DNA from: Octopus sinensis
Taxonomy: Eukaryota
Length of the DNA stretch: 64,000 nucleotides
NCBI RefSeq assembly: GCF_006345805.1
Contig: NC_043000.1
Span: 155,558,001 to 155,622,000, forward strand
Direction: 5' to 3'
Shown one piece after another: positions 27,801 to 41,444 of the stretch (its first letter is position 1; each line of letters starts with the position of its first letter). Both the position numbers and the translations under genes were made by a program. The notes beneath the pieces are model-generated. The model did no database searches. It saw nothing but the letters and a program-made list of their open reading frames with translations, and was not told the DNA's origin.

Positions 27801-28499
27801 TCAGGCCGGAGACATGGTCCGTGTTCTACGAAAGGTTGCCGGATGAAAGTTGATGATGCTAAACTGGACGATAAATTAAGTCTAAACATAAGAACCAGGA
27901 CATTCTTACAAGCCTCTGTGCAGTTTCCATTTAATCATTTCCATGCACTAGGTTCGACTCTACTCGATGTTATACTTGCCCAAGGTGGTGCACAGGCGAA
28001 TTGAACTCAGAACCACAGCTTTGTGAAACGATCTTCTTAACAATAAAGCCAAGCTTGTTGCAGTTATTTGACGTACATGACATCTTTACAGCTATTGTTG
28101 TTCTTTTTTATTTTGTTTTTCATTGTTCTGTGAGTATATATATTATACACACCAAGTGTATTGTAAACGTGTGCAACAATGTCTTCATCAATCCGTTGCT
28201 TAGTAATTGAAGTCAATTAACCACATCTTGCCTACATTGTCCACTATGCTGGTAACAAAAGTCTAAAGCACGAACTGTTGCCGACCATTTCAGTTTCAAA
28301 CTGTTGTCAGAGGCGCCATTGTTGTAATTCACCTAATGTGGTTGACTTGAGATGACGTCAGTCGTGTATTGTTGAAGATGTTGTCAATGTCTTACTAAAA
28401 GCTCTTTTCGCGAATAGCCTCGCTGTCATCGACAGTTCAAAAGTGCCTTAAGGTTAGTTTGACCTTTTGAGAAGAAAAGTAAAAAGAGAAAGCAGGTGT

Positions 28500-29060
28500 G
28501 TGTGCGTATGTGTGTGAGTGCGTGTGTAATCGTGTGAGTGGTGGAGAAAGAAAGGCAGAAAGACAGAAAGGTAGAAAGAAATGAAGGAAGAAAAAAAGAA
28601 AGTAAAGTAGAACTTATAGCTAGAGAGAAGGACAAGTAAATCATAAAGGCAGAAAGAAAGAAGGAAGTGAGTAAAGGAAGGAAGAAAGAAACCTGGTAGG
28701 GGAAAGTGATGAAGTGAAGTAGTCAGGAGCTTGAGAGGGTACGAGAGAAAGATGGAGAAAATGACAGTGAGAGGGAAGAGGAATAGAAAGAAATAGAAAA
28801 AGGAAGTAAGAAGAAAAAAACGAGCGACGAAATAAACGAAGAAAGAAAATTGATAAAGTGATGGAAAGTGAAAGCAGACACATAAAATGTCAGATATAGA
28901 AACAGAGTAATAATTAGATGGAGAGTGAAAGGGTAAGAGAAAAACGCTTTCGAGGAAAGATAGATAGAAAAGTAACAAAAGGCAGGAAGGTAAAAAGAAA
29001 AGGAAGAAAGAAAGAAAGAATGAAAGAAAGAAAAATGGAAGCAAGAGAATGGGATGGGAA
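28500..29060. repeat. Purine-rich (GAAA-like) degenerate tract
   Basis: About 560 bp, predominantly G/A on the plus strand. Confidence 0.8.
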
Positions 29061-29169
29061 TAGATGAATAACTTTTTTCTGTTCGTTTAAAATAGCTTAC
29101 ATGCATTATGTGTATGGCTGCAATGGAAACTTGTTGGGCAAGTTAGTCTTCTGCATGAAAATAAGCGTT

Positions 29170-29520
29170 TATAATAATAATAAGGCTAATCGTTCGGATT
29201 TTGTTGTCAAGAACCACAAGGAAAGAAAGTGCCTCCCGATCGAAGTATCAAATCGAACAAGTTTATAATGCATCTCTGAAAGAAATGGGGGAAATTATCC
29301 GAATGTAAAGATCTGGGTTGAAAGTAAAAATGATCCCTATAATCACAGATGTCTTATGAGTTGTTAGAAAAAAAATGAAAGAACGTACAAAATAAAAGGT
29401 CCATGATATAGACACAACATATGAAAAAGCAACCCTATTAGGCAATGTACACACAGTGCTGAGTATTGTGAATAAATTAGAAAATGCAAAGCCAAAACGA
29501 AACATTACATATACATAAGG
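29170..29520 (+). mobile_element. R4/Dong-like RLE 3' fragment
   Basis: Follows (TAA)n; ends EKATLLGNVHTVLSIVNKL, like the Dong C-terminus LQKxxLLGTAHILR. Confidence 0.55.
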
Positions 29521-29589
29521 CCACAGAGTAACGCTCCGGAAAGCGCTGAAAATGCATCAAAGTAATATTATTGAAAAATAATAATCTTT

Positions 29590-30260
29590 TCTCTTACAGG
29601 TACAAGGACTGAAATTTTGCGTAAGGCGCCAGTCGATTGAATCGGTTCCAGTGCTCGACTGCTACTTATTTCATCGATCACCAATGGATGAAAGGCAAAG
29701 TCGACCTCGGCGGAATTTGAACCCAGATAGTAAAGACGGAGAAAATGCCGTTAGCCATTTTGCCCAACGTGCTAACAATTCTGCCGGCTCGCTGCTTTAG
29801 TAGTAACAACAACAACAACAACAACAATAATAATCCTTTCGGCCACAGAAATTTCGAGGTAGGGGCTAGTTGATTACATTGACCACAGTGCTCAGCAAAT
29901 AGTTACTTCTTGAACCCCGAAAGGGTGACAGGGAAAGTTGATGTTCATGGAATTTGAACTCAGAATGTATTGACGAATGAAATGCCACTAACCATTTTGT
30001 TCAGCATGCTAACGACTCTGCTAGCTCAGAGCCTCAATAACAACAACAACATCAATAACAATAGTTTCAAATTTTGGCACAAAGCCAGCAATTTCGGAAG
30101 AGGGGTAAGTCGATTTCATCGACCCCAGTGCTTGACTGGTTCTTATTTTATCGACCCAGAAATCATGAAGGGCAAAGCCGGTCACAGTGAAATTTGAACT
30201 CAGAGCGTATAGATCGACGAAATGCCGCTAAACATTTTGCCCGACGTACTAACGTTTCAG
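29590..30260 (-). mobile_element. Three tandem family B-related SINEs separated by (AAC/AAT)n
   Basis: gatgaaaggcaaagtcgacctcggcggaatttgaac-like motif occurs three times. Confidence 0.8.
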
Positions 30261-30302
30261 CCTAACAACAATAACAACAAGAAAAACAACAACAGCAGCA
30301 GC

Positions 30303-30377
<75 letters not shown>

Positions 30378-30503
30378 ATGAAGATGATGATCATGATGAT
30401 GATCATGATGATCATGATGATCATGATCATGATGATGATGATGATGATGATCATGATGACGACGACGACGATGACGACGACGACGACGATGATGATGATG
30501 ATC

Positions 30504-30534
<31 letters not shown>

Positions 30535-30884
30535 CGACGTTGATGACTTAAAGGTCTTCGATAAGAGTGAGCGTGAAATACATGTTGCGATGTTTAAATT
30601 TTCTCATAACATTGTTGTTTGCTATGTTTGTTGAGTGTATTTCTTTTGTTCCTTTTTGGTGCTGCTCCTTTTGTTACAGCTGTTTCATAAGCTGCTGCTG
30701 CTGCTGCTTTTGTTGCTAATGATGCTGTTTCGGTAAAGGTGCAGTGAGCAGAAAGCTCTAAACAGGGTTGCATCTCCACATATATGGCATCTTTCTGCTT
30801 TTTGTCCTTAACTGTTGTGAAAAACTGTGAGCTATTTCGAAGTTTGATTGAGTCAGGGATAACCTCCATGTTCCCTTGGGTTAT

Positions 30885-31271
30885 CTTTACTCTTTTACTC
30901 TTTCACTTGTTTCAGTCATTTGACTGCGGCCATGCTGGAGCACCGCCTTTAGTCGAGCAAATCGACCCCGGGACTTATTCTTTGTAAGCCCAGTACTTAT
31001 TCGATCGGTCTCTTTTGCCGAACCGCTAAGTGACGGGGACGTAAATACACCAGCATCCGTCAAGCAATGCTAGGGGGACAAACACAGACACACACACACA
31101 TATATATATATACGACAGGCTTCTTTCAGTTTCCGTCTACCAAATCCACTCACAAGGCATTGGTCAGCCCGGGGCTATAGCAGAAGACACTTGCCCAAGG
31201 TGCCACGCAGTGGGACAGAACCCGCAACCATGTGGTTGGTTAGCAAGCTACTTACCACACAGCCACTCCTG
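30885..31271 (-). mobile_element. Family A SINE
   Basis: Near-complete family A copy. Confidence 0.9.
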
Positions 31272-31489
31272 TTCGTCTAGATTATTAGTTCAATTTCTGT
31301 ACCCCTCTAAATTCCCTTTTCCGGTCTGTGAACTTATAGAATGCTCGCTTTTTTTTTCTATGCCGTATATTACGCCCTCTGCAAACATCTCACGCAGTCA
31401 CGTATATTTTTACAATCTTCTGATCGAAAAGTGTTGGAATCAGCGCTCTAAGAAGAACGACAAAATTCAACAACAAGAACAACAACTAT

Positions 31490-31729
31490 GAAAACCAGAA
31501 CCAAAAAGTATCCCTGTTGCTGTAGGTGCCCTGGGAAAGATCAAGAAAGGTACTGACAAAATTTATTGATCAGATTCTTGGGAAACCGACAATTTATGAG
31601 ACTCAAAATATTGTGTTGACATCAGCCGCCCACATTCTCAGGAAGTTTCTTTCCATCTAATATATACGTGCCTGCGGTCTCCGACTGAGACCCGGTCAGA
31701 AGATGAAATAAAATTCAATTCAATCGGAA

Positions 31730-31730
<1 letters not shown>
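31490..31730 (+). mobile_element. R4/Dong-like 3' end
   Basis: IPVAVGALGKIKKG...TQNIVLTSAAHILRKFLSI*; 3' UTR runs into (TAA)n. Confidence 0.8.
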
Positions 31731-32655
<925 letters not shown>

Positions 32656-33021
32656 AATTGTCTTGGTATAAAACATGGACTACAGCAAATATCCTGCTCA
32701 GTACCACAGATTTGCTTGTCAGTTGCTTGACCTTAACCAGTTGAGCATGTTCCTCGGTGGCTGACGATATGTGCATCTCTGATCATGAGCAGAAGTAGTG
32801 GGGGAGCATCATAGCCATATGTTGAGAGGAATTGTTTGGGGTTATCTTTGAGAATTGTTTGCACTGTTATGACCTCTTATGTTCTCACCATGTTATGCAC
32901 ATATGATTGTGGTTCGGGTACATGGAGTACCCTTTTCACAGGAGTAGTCATGATGGGTATATTGGACTTCGTATATTTGTACCCCAGTGTCATTTTGATT
33001 GCATGCATTGCTCTCTCACTC

Positions 33022-33075
<54 letters not shown>

Positions 33076-33078
33076 TAA

Positions 33079-33624
33079 TCACCACCCTGAAGCTGTAACT
33101 GAAGGAGAAAATGTAATGATTCTGTGGGACTTTCCAGTACATATTGTTGTGAAAGACCAAAACAATAAAGTTTGCTTATTGATCGACATGAGCATCCCCT
33201 GTGATCATAATATCTCGGCGAAAGAGTTTGACAAGCTCAGAAAATATAAAGACCTACTCATTGAAATTGAGAAAATGTAGCATCTCAAGGCGGTTACAAT
33301 ACCAGTGATCGTAGGAGCACTAGGAATGATCAAGAAGGGAACCGAAAATTATATTTGAATGATCCCTAGCTTACCATCCCTGCAAGAAGTGCAAAAGATT
33401 GTCTTAACTGGTACATCACACGTATTGAGAAGAGCATTGTCGATGTGAGAACTGTTGCTGCTCTGCTCATGTATTTTAATTTAACTTTAAAAAAAAAAAA
33501 AAAATGAACGAACTACTGAGTTTGGTTTAATGGCCGACCAATGTATACTATGAGTTTCTTTGCCCTAGGAGTCGGGAAGACACCCGGCAAGAAATGGAAG
33601 CAAATTTGAAAGAAGAAAAAAAAA

Positions 33625-33625
<1 letters not shown>
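33079..33625 (+). mobile_element. 5'-truncated Dong-like element in (TAA)n
   Basis: HHPEAVTEGENVMILWDF...LLIDMSIPCDHNISAKEFDKLRKYKDL...IPVIVGALGMIKK...QKIVLTGTSHVLRRALSM* (RLE endonuclease). (TAA)n on both sides. Confidence 0.88.
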
Positions 33626-33685
<60 letters not shown>

Positions 33686-33715
33686 TAATAATAATAATAA
33701 TAATAATAATAATAT

Positions 33716-33921
33716 ATCACACGCATTGAGAAGAGCATTGTCGATGTGAGAACTGTTGCTGCTCATGTATTTTAATCTAACTTAAAAAGAAAGAAAAAAA
33801 ATGAACGAACTATTGAGTTTGGTTTAATGGCCTACCAATGTATACTATGAGTTTCTTTGCCCTAGGAGTCGGGAAGACACTCGGCAAGAAATGGAAGCAA
33901 ATTTGAAAGAGAAAAAAAAAA

Positions 33922-33922
<1 letters not shown>
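33716..33922 (+). mobile_element. Shorter copy of the same Dong-like 3' end
   Basis: Near-identical to 33416-33625; (TAA)n on both sides. Confidence 0.88.
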
Positions 33923-33988
<66 letters not shown>

Positions 33989-33989
<1 letters not shown>

Positions 33990-34361
33990 CAATACCTGTT
34001 GTCATAGGTGCCCTGGGAATGATAGCAAAAGGGGCTGATAGCTACCTAACTCAGATACCAGGAAACCAAAAAATGGCAGAAGTTCAAAAGATAGTGCTCA
34101 TGGGAACTGCTCATATCCTACGCAAAATACTCTCTATGTAACCTCAAGGTTTAAAACAACCATAATTTTCGGGGTTTAAAAAAAAAAAAAAAAACTTTTT
34201 TTTTTTTAGACATTCATTAGTACAACATCCCCACCCCCCCAAATATATGGCACACTAGGCATAACAGCAACATGAACTTCCAACCAACCCTGTTGTCTCT
34301 TGAGGTCTCTGGGTGAGACTTGGAGCCAACTTGTACAAATATAAAGCAAAAGTCAAACATA

Positions 34362-34362
<1 letters not shown>
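33989..34362 (+). mobile_element. Second Dong-like family 3' end
   Basis: IPVVIGALGMIAKGADSYLTQIPG...QKIVLMGTAHILRKILSM*; different 3' UTR; (TAA)n flanks. Confidence 0.85.
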
Positions 34363-34393
<31 letters not shown>

Positions 34394-34420
34394 TAATAAT
34401 AATAATAATAATAATAATAA

Positions 34421-34715
34421 ATCAGAGACAGCTATGAATGGAAGTAATAATACTCAATATTTTGGGATTTCACAGCTCGCACAGTCCAGATAATACAATT
34501 AAATGCCTCATATATTGTCATCAAGGATGGGGAAAATAGAATTAATTGATGTAAGAGTTTCATTCGATTGGGACATAACCGTAAAAGAATTTGGAAAAGA
34601 TAAGGAAATACAGAGCGATCAAGCTTGAAAAGACGTGGCACCTTAAAATGAAAACAATGCCTCTCATCATAAGTGTCTTAAAATATGATAATAAAAAAAT
34701 TATGTGAAAATTATC
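34421..34715 (+). mobile_element. Decayed Dong-like RLE fragment
   Basis: Frameshifted WDF...LIDVRVSFDWDITVKEF...TWHLKMKTMPLII after (TAA)n. Confidence 0.65.
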
Positions 34716-34726
34716 TAAGCAATATA

Positions 34727-35155
34727 GGCGCAGGAGTGGCTGTGTGGTAAGTACCTTACTTACCAACCACATCGTTCTTGGTTCATTCCCACTGAGTGAC
34801 ACCTTGGGCAAGTGTCTTCTACTATAGCCTTGCGCCGACCAAAGCCTTGTGAGTGAATTTGGCAGACCGAAACTGAGAGAAGCCTGTCGTATATATGTAT
34901 ATATGTGTGTATATATGTATGTGTGTGTATATGTTTATGTGTCTGCGTTTGTCCCCCTAGCATTGCTTGACAACCGATGCTGGTGTGTTTACGTCCCCGT
35001 CACTTAGCAGTTCAGCAAAAGAGACCGATAGAATAAGTACTGGGCTTACAAAGAATAAGTCCCGGGGTCGATTTGTTCGACTAAAGGCGGTGCTCCAGCA
35101 TGGCTACTGTCAAATGACTGAAACAAGTAAAAGAATATAAAAGAATAAAAGAATA
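34727..35155 (+). mobile_element. Family A SINE
   Basis: Full head-to-tail copy. Confidence 0.9.
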
Positions 35156-35239
35156 ATATATATGTGTGTATGTGTGTATATGTTTGTGTGTCTGTGTTTG
35201 TCCCTCCCAACATCGCTTGACAACCGATGGTGGTGTGTT

Positions 35240-35631
35240 TACGTCCCCGTATCTCAGTGGTTCGGCAAAAGGGACCTGGACGGGAAGCTGGTCCGTCGCA
35301 GGTGAGCTGCAAGATGCAGGAGGGAAGAGTGAGAGAAAGTTGTGGCGAAAGAGTCAGCAGAAGCTCGCCATTGCCTTCTGCCGGAGCCACGTGGAGTTTA
35401 GGTGTTTCGCTCATAAACACACACAACGCGCGGCCTGAGATTCGAACCCGCGATCCCTCGACCATGAATCGGCTGCGCTAACCCCTGAGCCATGTGTCTC
35501 CACATACTGATATGCAGGTTCGATCATATACTTCTATAAGCAGAATATTCAATTATATATTAAGGTTCTCTTCCAAGACACCATTACTGCAACCTATATA
35601 ATCATCATAATAATAATCGGTACAATATTTT
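35240..35631 (-). repeat. Probable donor of the inverted duplication at 27411-27800
   Basis: Continuous with family A SINE sequence on its left, whereas the 27.4-kb copy ends abruptly at ggggacgta. Confidence 0.8.
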
Positions 35632-35971
35632 ATCTTTTTTTCGAAGCTGATACACTAGTTTTCACCATCTTTCTACTATTTGTATGATCTAAGTTAGTTC
35701 GGTTAGTCAATAAGACAGAGAAGTAGATATCAACCACAAATCTCTGAGTCTGTCATTTCCTATCACTTGAAAGTGTATTTCCGCAACGATGCTTCGGTGG
35801 CTGCTCCAGAAACCCACAACGTTAAATGTAAAAGCAAATGGTTCATACCTTAAGCATCGTCTTTCGCTCTTTTTATCACGCTTTCTCAATCTCTTTCTTT
35901 CTATACCGTTCTCTTTCAGTCGTTCTCTCTCTCTGTTTCTTTCTTTCTTTCTTTCTTTCTCTCTCTCTCTT

Positions 35972-36006
<35 letters not shown>

Positions 36007-36256
36007 TGCACAAAGACATACATATACACACCTCATGCACTCAATATTGATGAGAACCCCTCGCTACCTTCTATCCTATCATAGATAAACTAAACACATT
36101 CACACATGCGTACATCTGTGTTAGTGTATGCGTGCGCGCGCACACACACACACACACACACACAAATACACACGCACATCGCACATATGCATATGTGTAT
36201 ATATACACATACGTCGTCTTCCACCACACCAACACACGTGAAAATACGTCACAACG

Positions 36257-36308
<52 letters not shown>

Positions 36309-36342
36309 ATATGTGTATATATATATATATATATGTGTATAT

Positions 36343-36373
<31 letters not shown>

Positions 36374-36543
36374 CATGTATGTATATATGCATGTATATAT
36401 ATATATGTATATATATGTATATATATATATATGTGTATATATATATATTTATATATATATGTTATATATATATATGTGTGTGTGTGTGTGTGGTGTGTGT
36501 GTGTGTGTGTGGTGTGTGTGTGTGTGTTTGTGTATGTATATAT

Positions 36544-36578
<35 letters not shown>

Positions 36579-36870
36579 TGGTAAAAACGGTATACGTATG
36601 TACATCACATTTTAAGAAATACATCTTGGCAGAATATAGAAATAGGCCATCAGATACATAGCAAAGCATTAATATCTTGTTTACATCTTTTTGACTTCCA
36701 ATTTATTGTGATGCTGGCTAACTATCTTCTGTTTTTCTTTTCAACTTCTCTCTTATCAGCGTCCCTAGCGTAAACGTCATCTGATTAAAAAAGCAACAGA
36801 CAAAGGGTCCTGTTGCCAGCTTGAAAATGCCAACATAAATTAATGTTTCGACTAGGAAGTCCTGGGTTGT

Positions 36871-37545
36871 TGGCTGTGTAGTAAGAAGCTTGCTTCCCAA
36901 CCACATTGTTCTGGGTTCAATCTCATTGCGTGGCACCTTGGGCAAGTGTCTTCTGCTATAGCCCCTTGCCGACCAATGCCCTGTGAGTGGATTTGGTAGA
37001 CGGAAACTGAAAGAAGCCCGTCGTATATATGTATATATATATATGTATGTGTCTGTGTTTGTGTGTCTGTGTTTGTTCCCCTAGCATTGCTTGACAACCG
37101 ATGCTGGTGTGTTTACGTCCCCGTCACTTAGCGGTTCGGCAAAAAGAGACCGATAGAATAAGTACTGGGCTTACAAAAAGAATAAAGGCGGTGCTCCAGC
37201 ATGGCCGCAGTCAAATGACTGAAACAAGTAAAAGAGGAAAAGAGTATAGACTCGGGCCGACCAAAGCCTCGTGAGTGGATTTGGTAGACGGAAACTGAAA
37301 GAAGCCCGTTGTACATACATATATATATATATATATATGCAGGTCACTGTTTGCCCCTACCTCCACCGCTTCACAACCGATGTTGGTATGTTTACGTCCC
37401 CATAACTTAGCGGTTCCGCAAAAGAGACCGGTAGAATAAGTACCAGGCTTAAAAATAAAGGCAAAAAGTACTGGAGTCGACTATAAATTCTTCATGGCGG
37501 AGCCCCAGCATGCCCGCAGACTAACGACTGAAATAAGTAAAAGAT
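36871..37545 (+). mobile_element. Two tandem family A SINE copies
   Basis: One near-complete copy plus a 5'-truncated, more diverged copy from ~37250. Confidence 0.85.
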
Positions 37546-37553
37546 ATGTGTGT

Positions 37554-37598
<45 letters not shown>

Positions 37599-37731
37599 TG
37601 TATGTATATATATATACAGAAAGAGAAAAGATGAAAAAACACAGATCTTTGTACAAAATATTTTGTGTGTTCCCTCATTAAAATACTTTCTACCCTATAT
37701 ATATATATATATTATATATATATATATATAT

Positions 37732-37778
<47 letters not shown>

Positions 37779-37953
37779 TATGTATATATATACATACATA
37801 TATATATGCCGTATGTAAACAAACAAGTTTGTTTTCGAAGCGTTGAAATGTATTGTAGGACAAGTAGAAAGATAAATTTTATTTATATATATACTGTTCA
37901 GCATCTATGTGTTGAATAAAATTTATCTTTCTCCTTGTTCTATATATATATAT

Positions 37954-40205
37954 TTGACCGACAGAAAAGGGCCTCTTATACCTTGTGAACCCAGGATTAA
38001 CCTTAAGGACCACAAAAGAAATTTCCTAGAAAACCCCTCGGTAAGACTTATATGTCCAACTAAGTCGGACATTGGCCGACTTAGTAAATCTATCTTGGAC
38101 AATGTTCTACCCCAAATAACCCCTATCCTTCCCTTAAGTCTATGGTTTGATACTGATGAAGTAATAGATTGGTTTAATTCTCCAGTTAACACTAGCAGTT
38201 TCTCTTTTATTCAATTTGATATCAATAATTATTATTCTAGTATATCCCCCATTTTGCTAAATAAATCGCTTATTTTTGCCATGAATCGTTCCCTTATATC
38301 TAGAGAAGAAATTGACATAGTTTTACTAGCTAGAAAAACTATCATAGAATTTGAAGGTAAATTATGGACTAGAGTAGATACCCCTAATAATTTTGATATA
38401 CCCATGGGTTCCAGCGATTCAGCTGAGATAACTAATTTAGTAGGTGCATATTTATTAAGGTGCATAAAAAGAGAAATTCCTGAATTACAGGGTGGTCTAT
38501 ATAGAGATGATGTTCAGTTTGTTGTTCCTAGCAAAAGTAAATCAAGCATTGAAAGGATTAAAAAGAAAATTAATAAGTTCTTTAAAGATTTTAACCTTAG
38601 CATAACTTATGAACCTGGCACTAAGATAGTCAATTTCCTAGATATTACCTTAGACCTTAACTCTAAGCTACATTACCCATTTAGAAAGGAAGGTGAAATC
38701 ACTAGATATGTAAATAAATTATCTAATCATCCCCCTCATACAATAAAATTATTAGTTAGAAATATTTCCCTGAGAATTTCCAAACTGTCATCTAATAGTG
38801 ATATATTCAACTCTCACTCTAAACATTATAACACCGCATTAGCTAAAGCAGGATACAACCAGAAAATTACCTTTCTCGATAAGGATAGTTTGTATCTTCC
38901 AAACAAAGAAGAGAATATTAACTACGTAAACAAGAATAACTATCGTGCCCGACATAAAAATAGATTTATGGTGACGAAAAACCTAGTGTATAAACCAAAT
39001 TATATGAATAAAAATATTGACCAGTGTATAAGTAACTTTGAAAAAACTAATCTAGATAAATTTAAAATACATACAAATAAGAGTAATACGAATAATAACT
39101 CTCGTGAGAACAGTATTAATACATCTCACCCTAACTCAAATTTATGAAAATATCATCTGGCTAAATATTCCTTTCAACTGATTGATTTTATCGAATATAT
39201 ACAGTAGATTCAAATCTATACTAGAAAAAAATTTTCCAACCTCTCATAAATATTATAGAATAATTTCTAAGAGAACAGTTAGGATTTCTTATTCAACCCT
39301 CCTAAATATGTCCACTATAATAGCTAGAATTAATGGTAAAAACATTAAGTTAGCCAGGAGTAGTAAGATTAGTATCAACATGAATAGCAATAATAATTGT
39401 AATAATAGTATCAAAAATAATAATAATAATAATAATTATAATTATCAAAATGAGAGCAACATCAACAACAAAAATATCAGTAATATTAATAGAAATAATT
39501 ATAATGATAAAAATAAGGATAATACAAATAAAAATAATACCGAAAATAATGATAACAATTATATCTATAGCAGTAATAATTACTTTGATATAAATACAAA
39601 TAATAATAATAGCAATATCAATAATGTAGGTAATAGAGGTATTGTTATGGTGGATGTGAATGATAGTGTAGATGGATCAAAAAATAGTAGCCCCATTTTG
39701 GATAACAATATTACCTATAATAATGAAAATAATATTCATAATAATTTGAATAACAGTAATGTGAAAGATCTGTCCTTAAATAATTCTAAATCTGAAAATT
39801 ATCCCCCTAGTTGCAATTGTAGGATTAGGTCAAATTGTCCGGCATCTGGTCGTTGTTCAGTCCAAAATGTAATCTATAAATGTACTATAACAACTTCTAA
39901 TAGTAACTTTTTTTACTTCGGTTGTACTATTAATTTTAAACAGAGAATTAACAATCATCTTTCCTCTTTCCGATTAGATGATAAAGCAGGTTGCACTACA
40001 CTATCTAGAAAAATTTGGGAACTCAAAACTAATAATATTAAATATAACCTAAAATGGGAAATAGTTAGAAGGGCACAATACCTTATAGAAATAATAGTGT
40101 AGGCTGTCAACTCTGTTCTATGGAAACCTATGAGATTTTAAAATATAGAAAAAATTAAAATCTACTAAATAATCGTATAGAGTTGGGTCTTGTATTCATT
40201 CAAAA
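37954..40205 (+). mobile_element. 5'-truncated Penelope-like retroelement (Naiad-like), RT + GIY-YIG, disrupted
   Basis: RT motifs IQFDINNYYSSI, IPMGSSDSAEI, LYRDD, NFLDITLDL, SNHPP. Then NIIWLNIPF, linker CNCRIRSNCPASGRC (CxCx5C), VIYKC...YFGCT.NFKQRINNH and CQLC. Frameshifts near 39147 and 40075. Starts directly after (TA)n. Confidence 0.88.
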
Positions 40206-41444
40206 ATCAAAACTTTAAAATATTTTAAATAGAATTTTGAAGGTTCTCCTATTGTTGTTCTTTCTAACTGTATCTTTTTAATATAATAATAAATAGTAAA
40301 TGTACTATGCTAACTTTTAATTGACTTTTATAGTCAACTAAATTAACCTTACTTAAATCATAGAATTGCAAATTTTCCTAATTCTTTTCTAAATTTAACA
40401 TTTAATACTATTCCTTAGTTATACATTTGATTTTCACTATAAATTTGAATAGGTACAGTTCCCCTACCTTTTGCTATTGATCTTAATTGACCTCTAGATG
40501 TTGACCTAAATTCTTTCTTACCATATAAAAATAAAAGTTAAAATATAAACAAAAATAAATCAATAGCCTTCTATTCTAGTGTTAACCTTAATTTTCTTAC
40601 TGTATCTTTCTCTACCTATATCCTATGACCCTTTTAGAGTTTTCCTTAGATCTTCCTTTATTTTAACTCCCACTATAAATTCTGATGGCTTTCAGTTGAA
40701 AGCAAGGGGTTGTCAACCTTACAGGCTCTTAATAATTTAAGAATGATTCCTTCCACACTGACCTAGATTTCCTGTCACCATAGAAATAGACTGACCTTCT
40801 TTTTAGTATCAATCTGTCTTTGTTCCTTTTACACCCCCAATATTTTTCTCCTTCTGTTCTTTTCTCCAGTTAATTCAGCTTCCTTGACCTACCCTACTAT
40901 CATTTCTACTACTATAGGAATTTTTCTTGCAACAGTTAGATGCGAACTTTATCGTGGTCTGACTGGCATCTTTCTTCCTGTTTCCTGAAATTTATATCCA
41001 CAACTTTATGAGTATATTTACCTTCTCTGGGATGTCACTAATTAAATTGAGAACTTTACATTGTTGGAGAGCATATATGGTTTGCTTGGCATCTTGCTTC
41101 AAGTTCCTGGAATTCACATCTACAACTTTATCGGGATATTTACACTCTCTAAGATGTTACTAATTGGTTTGAGAACTTTACATTATTGGAAAACCTATAG
41201 GAAATTAGCGGAAGATTACTTGACATATTATATTTGCTGTAATATTTGCAGCTTTAATAAATTGTTATAGTATGAAACACTTGTACTAAATTACCGATCC
41301 ATTCTTGTTGCTTATTTTTTGGTTATAATCACCCCACATAATTTTATGGATAATACCATAAAAAATTCTGGTGCATCTAAGTTAAGTACCATATTCATTT
41401 GAATCTAAACTGTTTTGCTGAAATTATATATATATATATATATA

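Noticed and set aside
39145-39181. In-frame TGA codons in the Naiad-like ORF as possible selenocysteine (some Naiads encode Sec)
   Set aside because: They appear to align with basic, non-Cys positions around IIW.N.PF (likely CGA to TGA decay), a frameshift is adjacent, and I see no convincing SECIS.
40675-40715. ctgatggctttcagttgaaagc in the 3' region of the first PLE as its ribozyme
   Set aside because: A9 is missing, GAAA is sequestered in a hairpin and there is no stem III or UH site.
40985-41200. ~130-bp imperfect tandem duplication downstream of the first PLE
   Set aside because: Diverged local duplication, probably part of the element UTR; no ribozyme or ORF evident.
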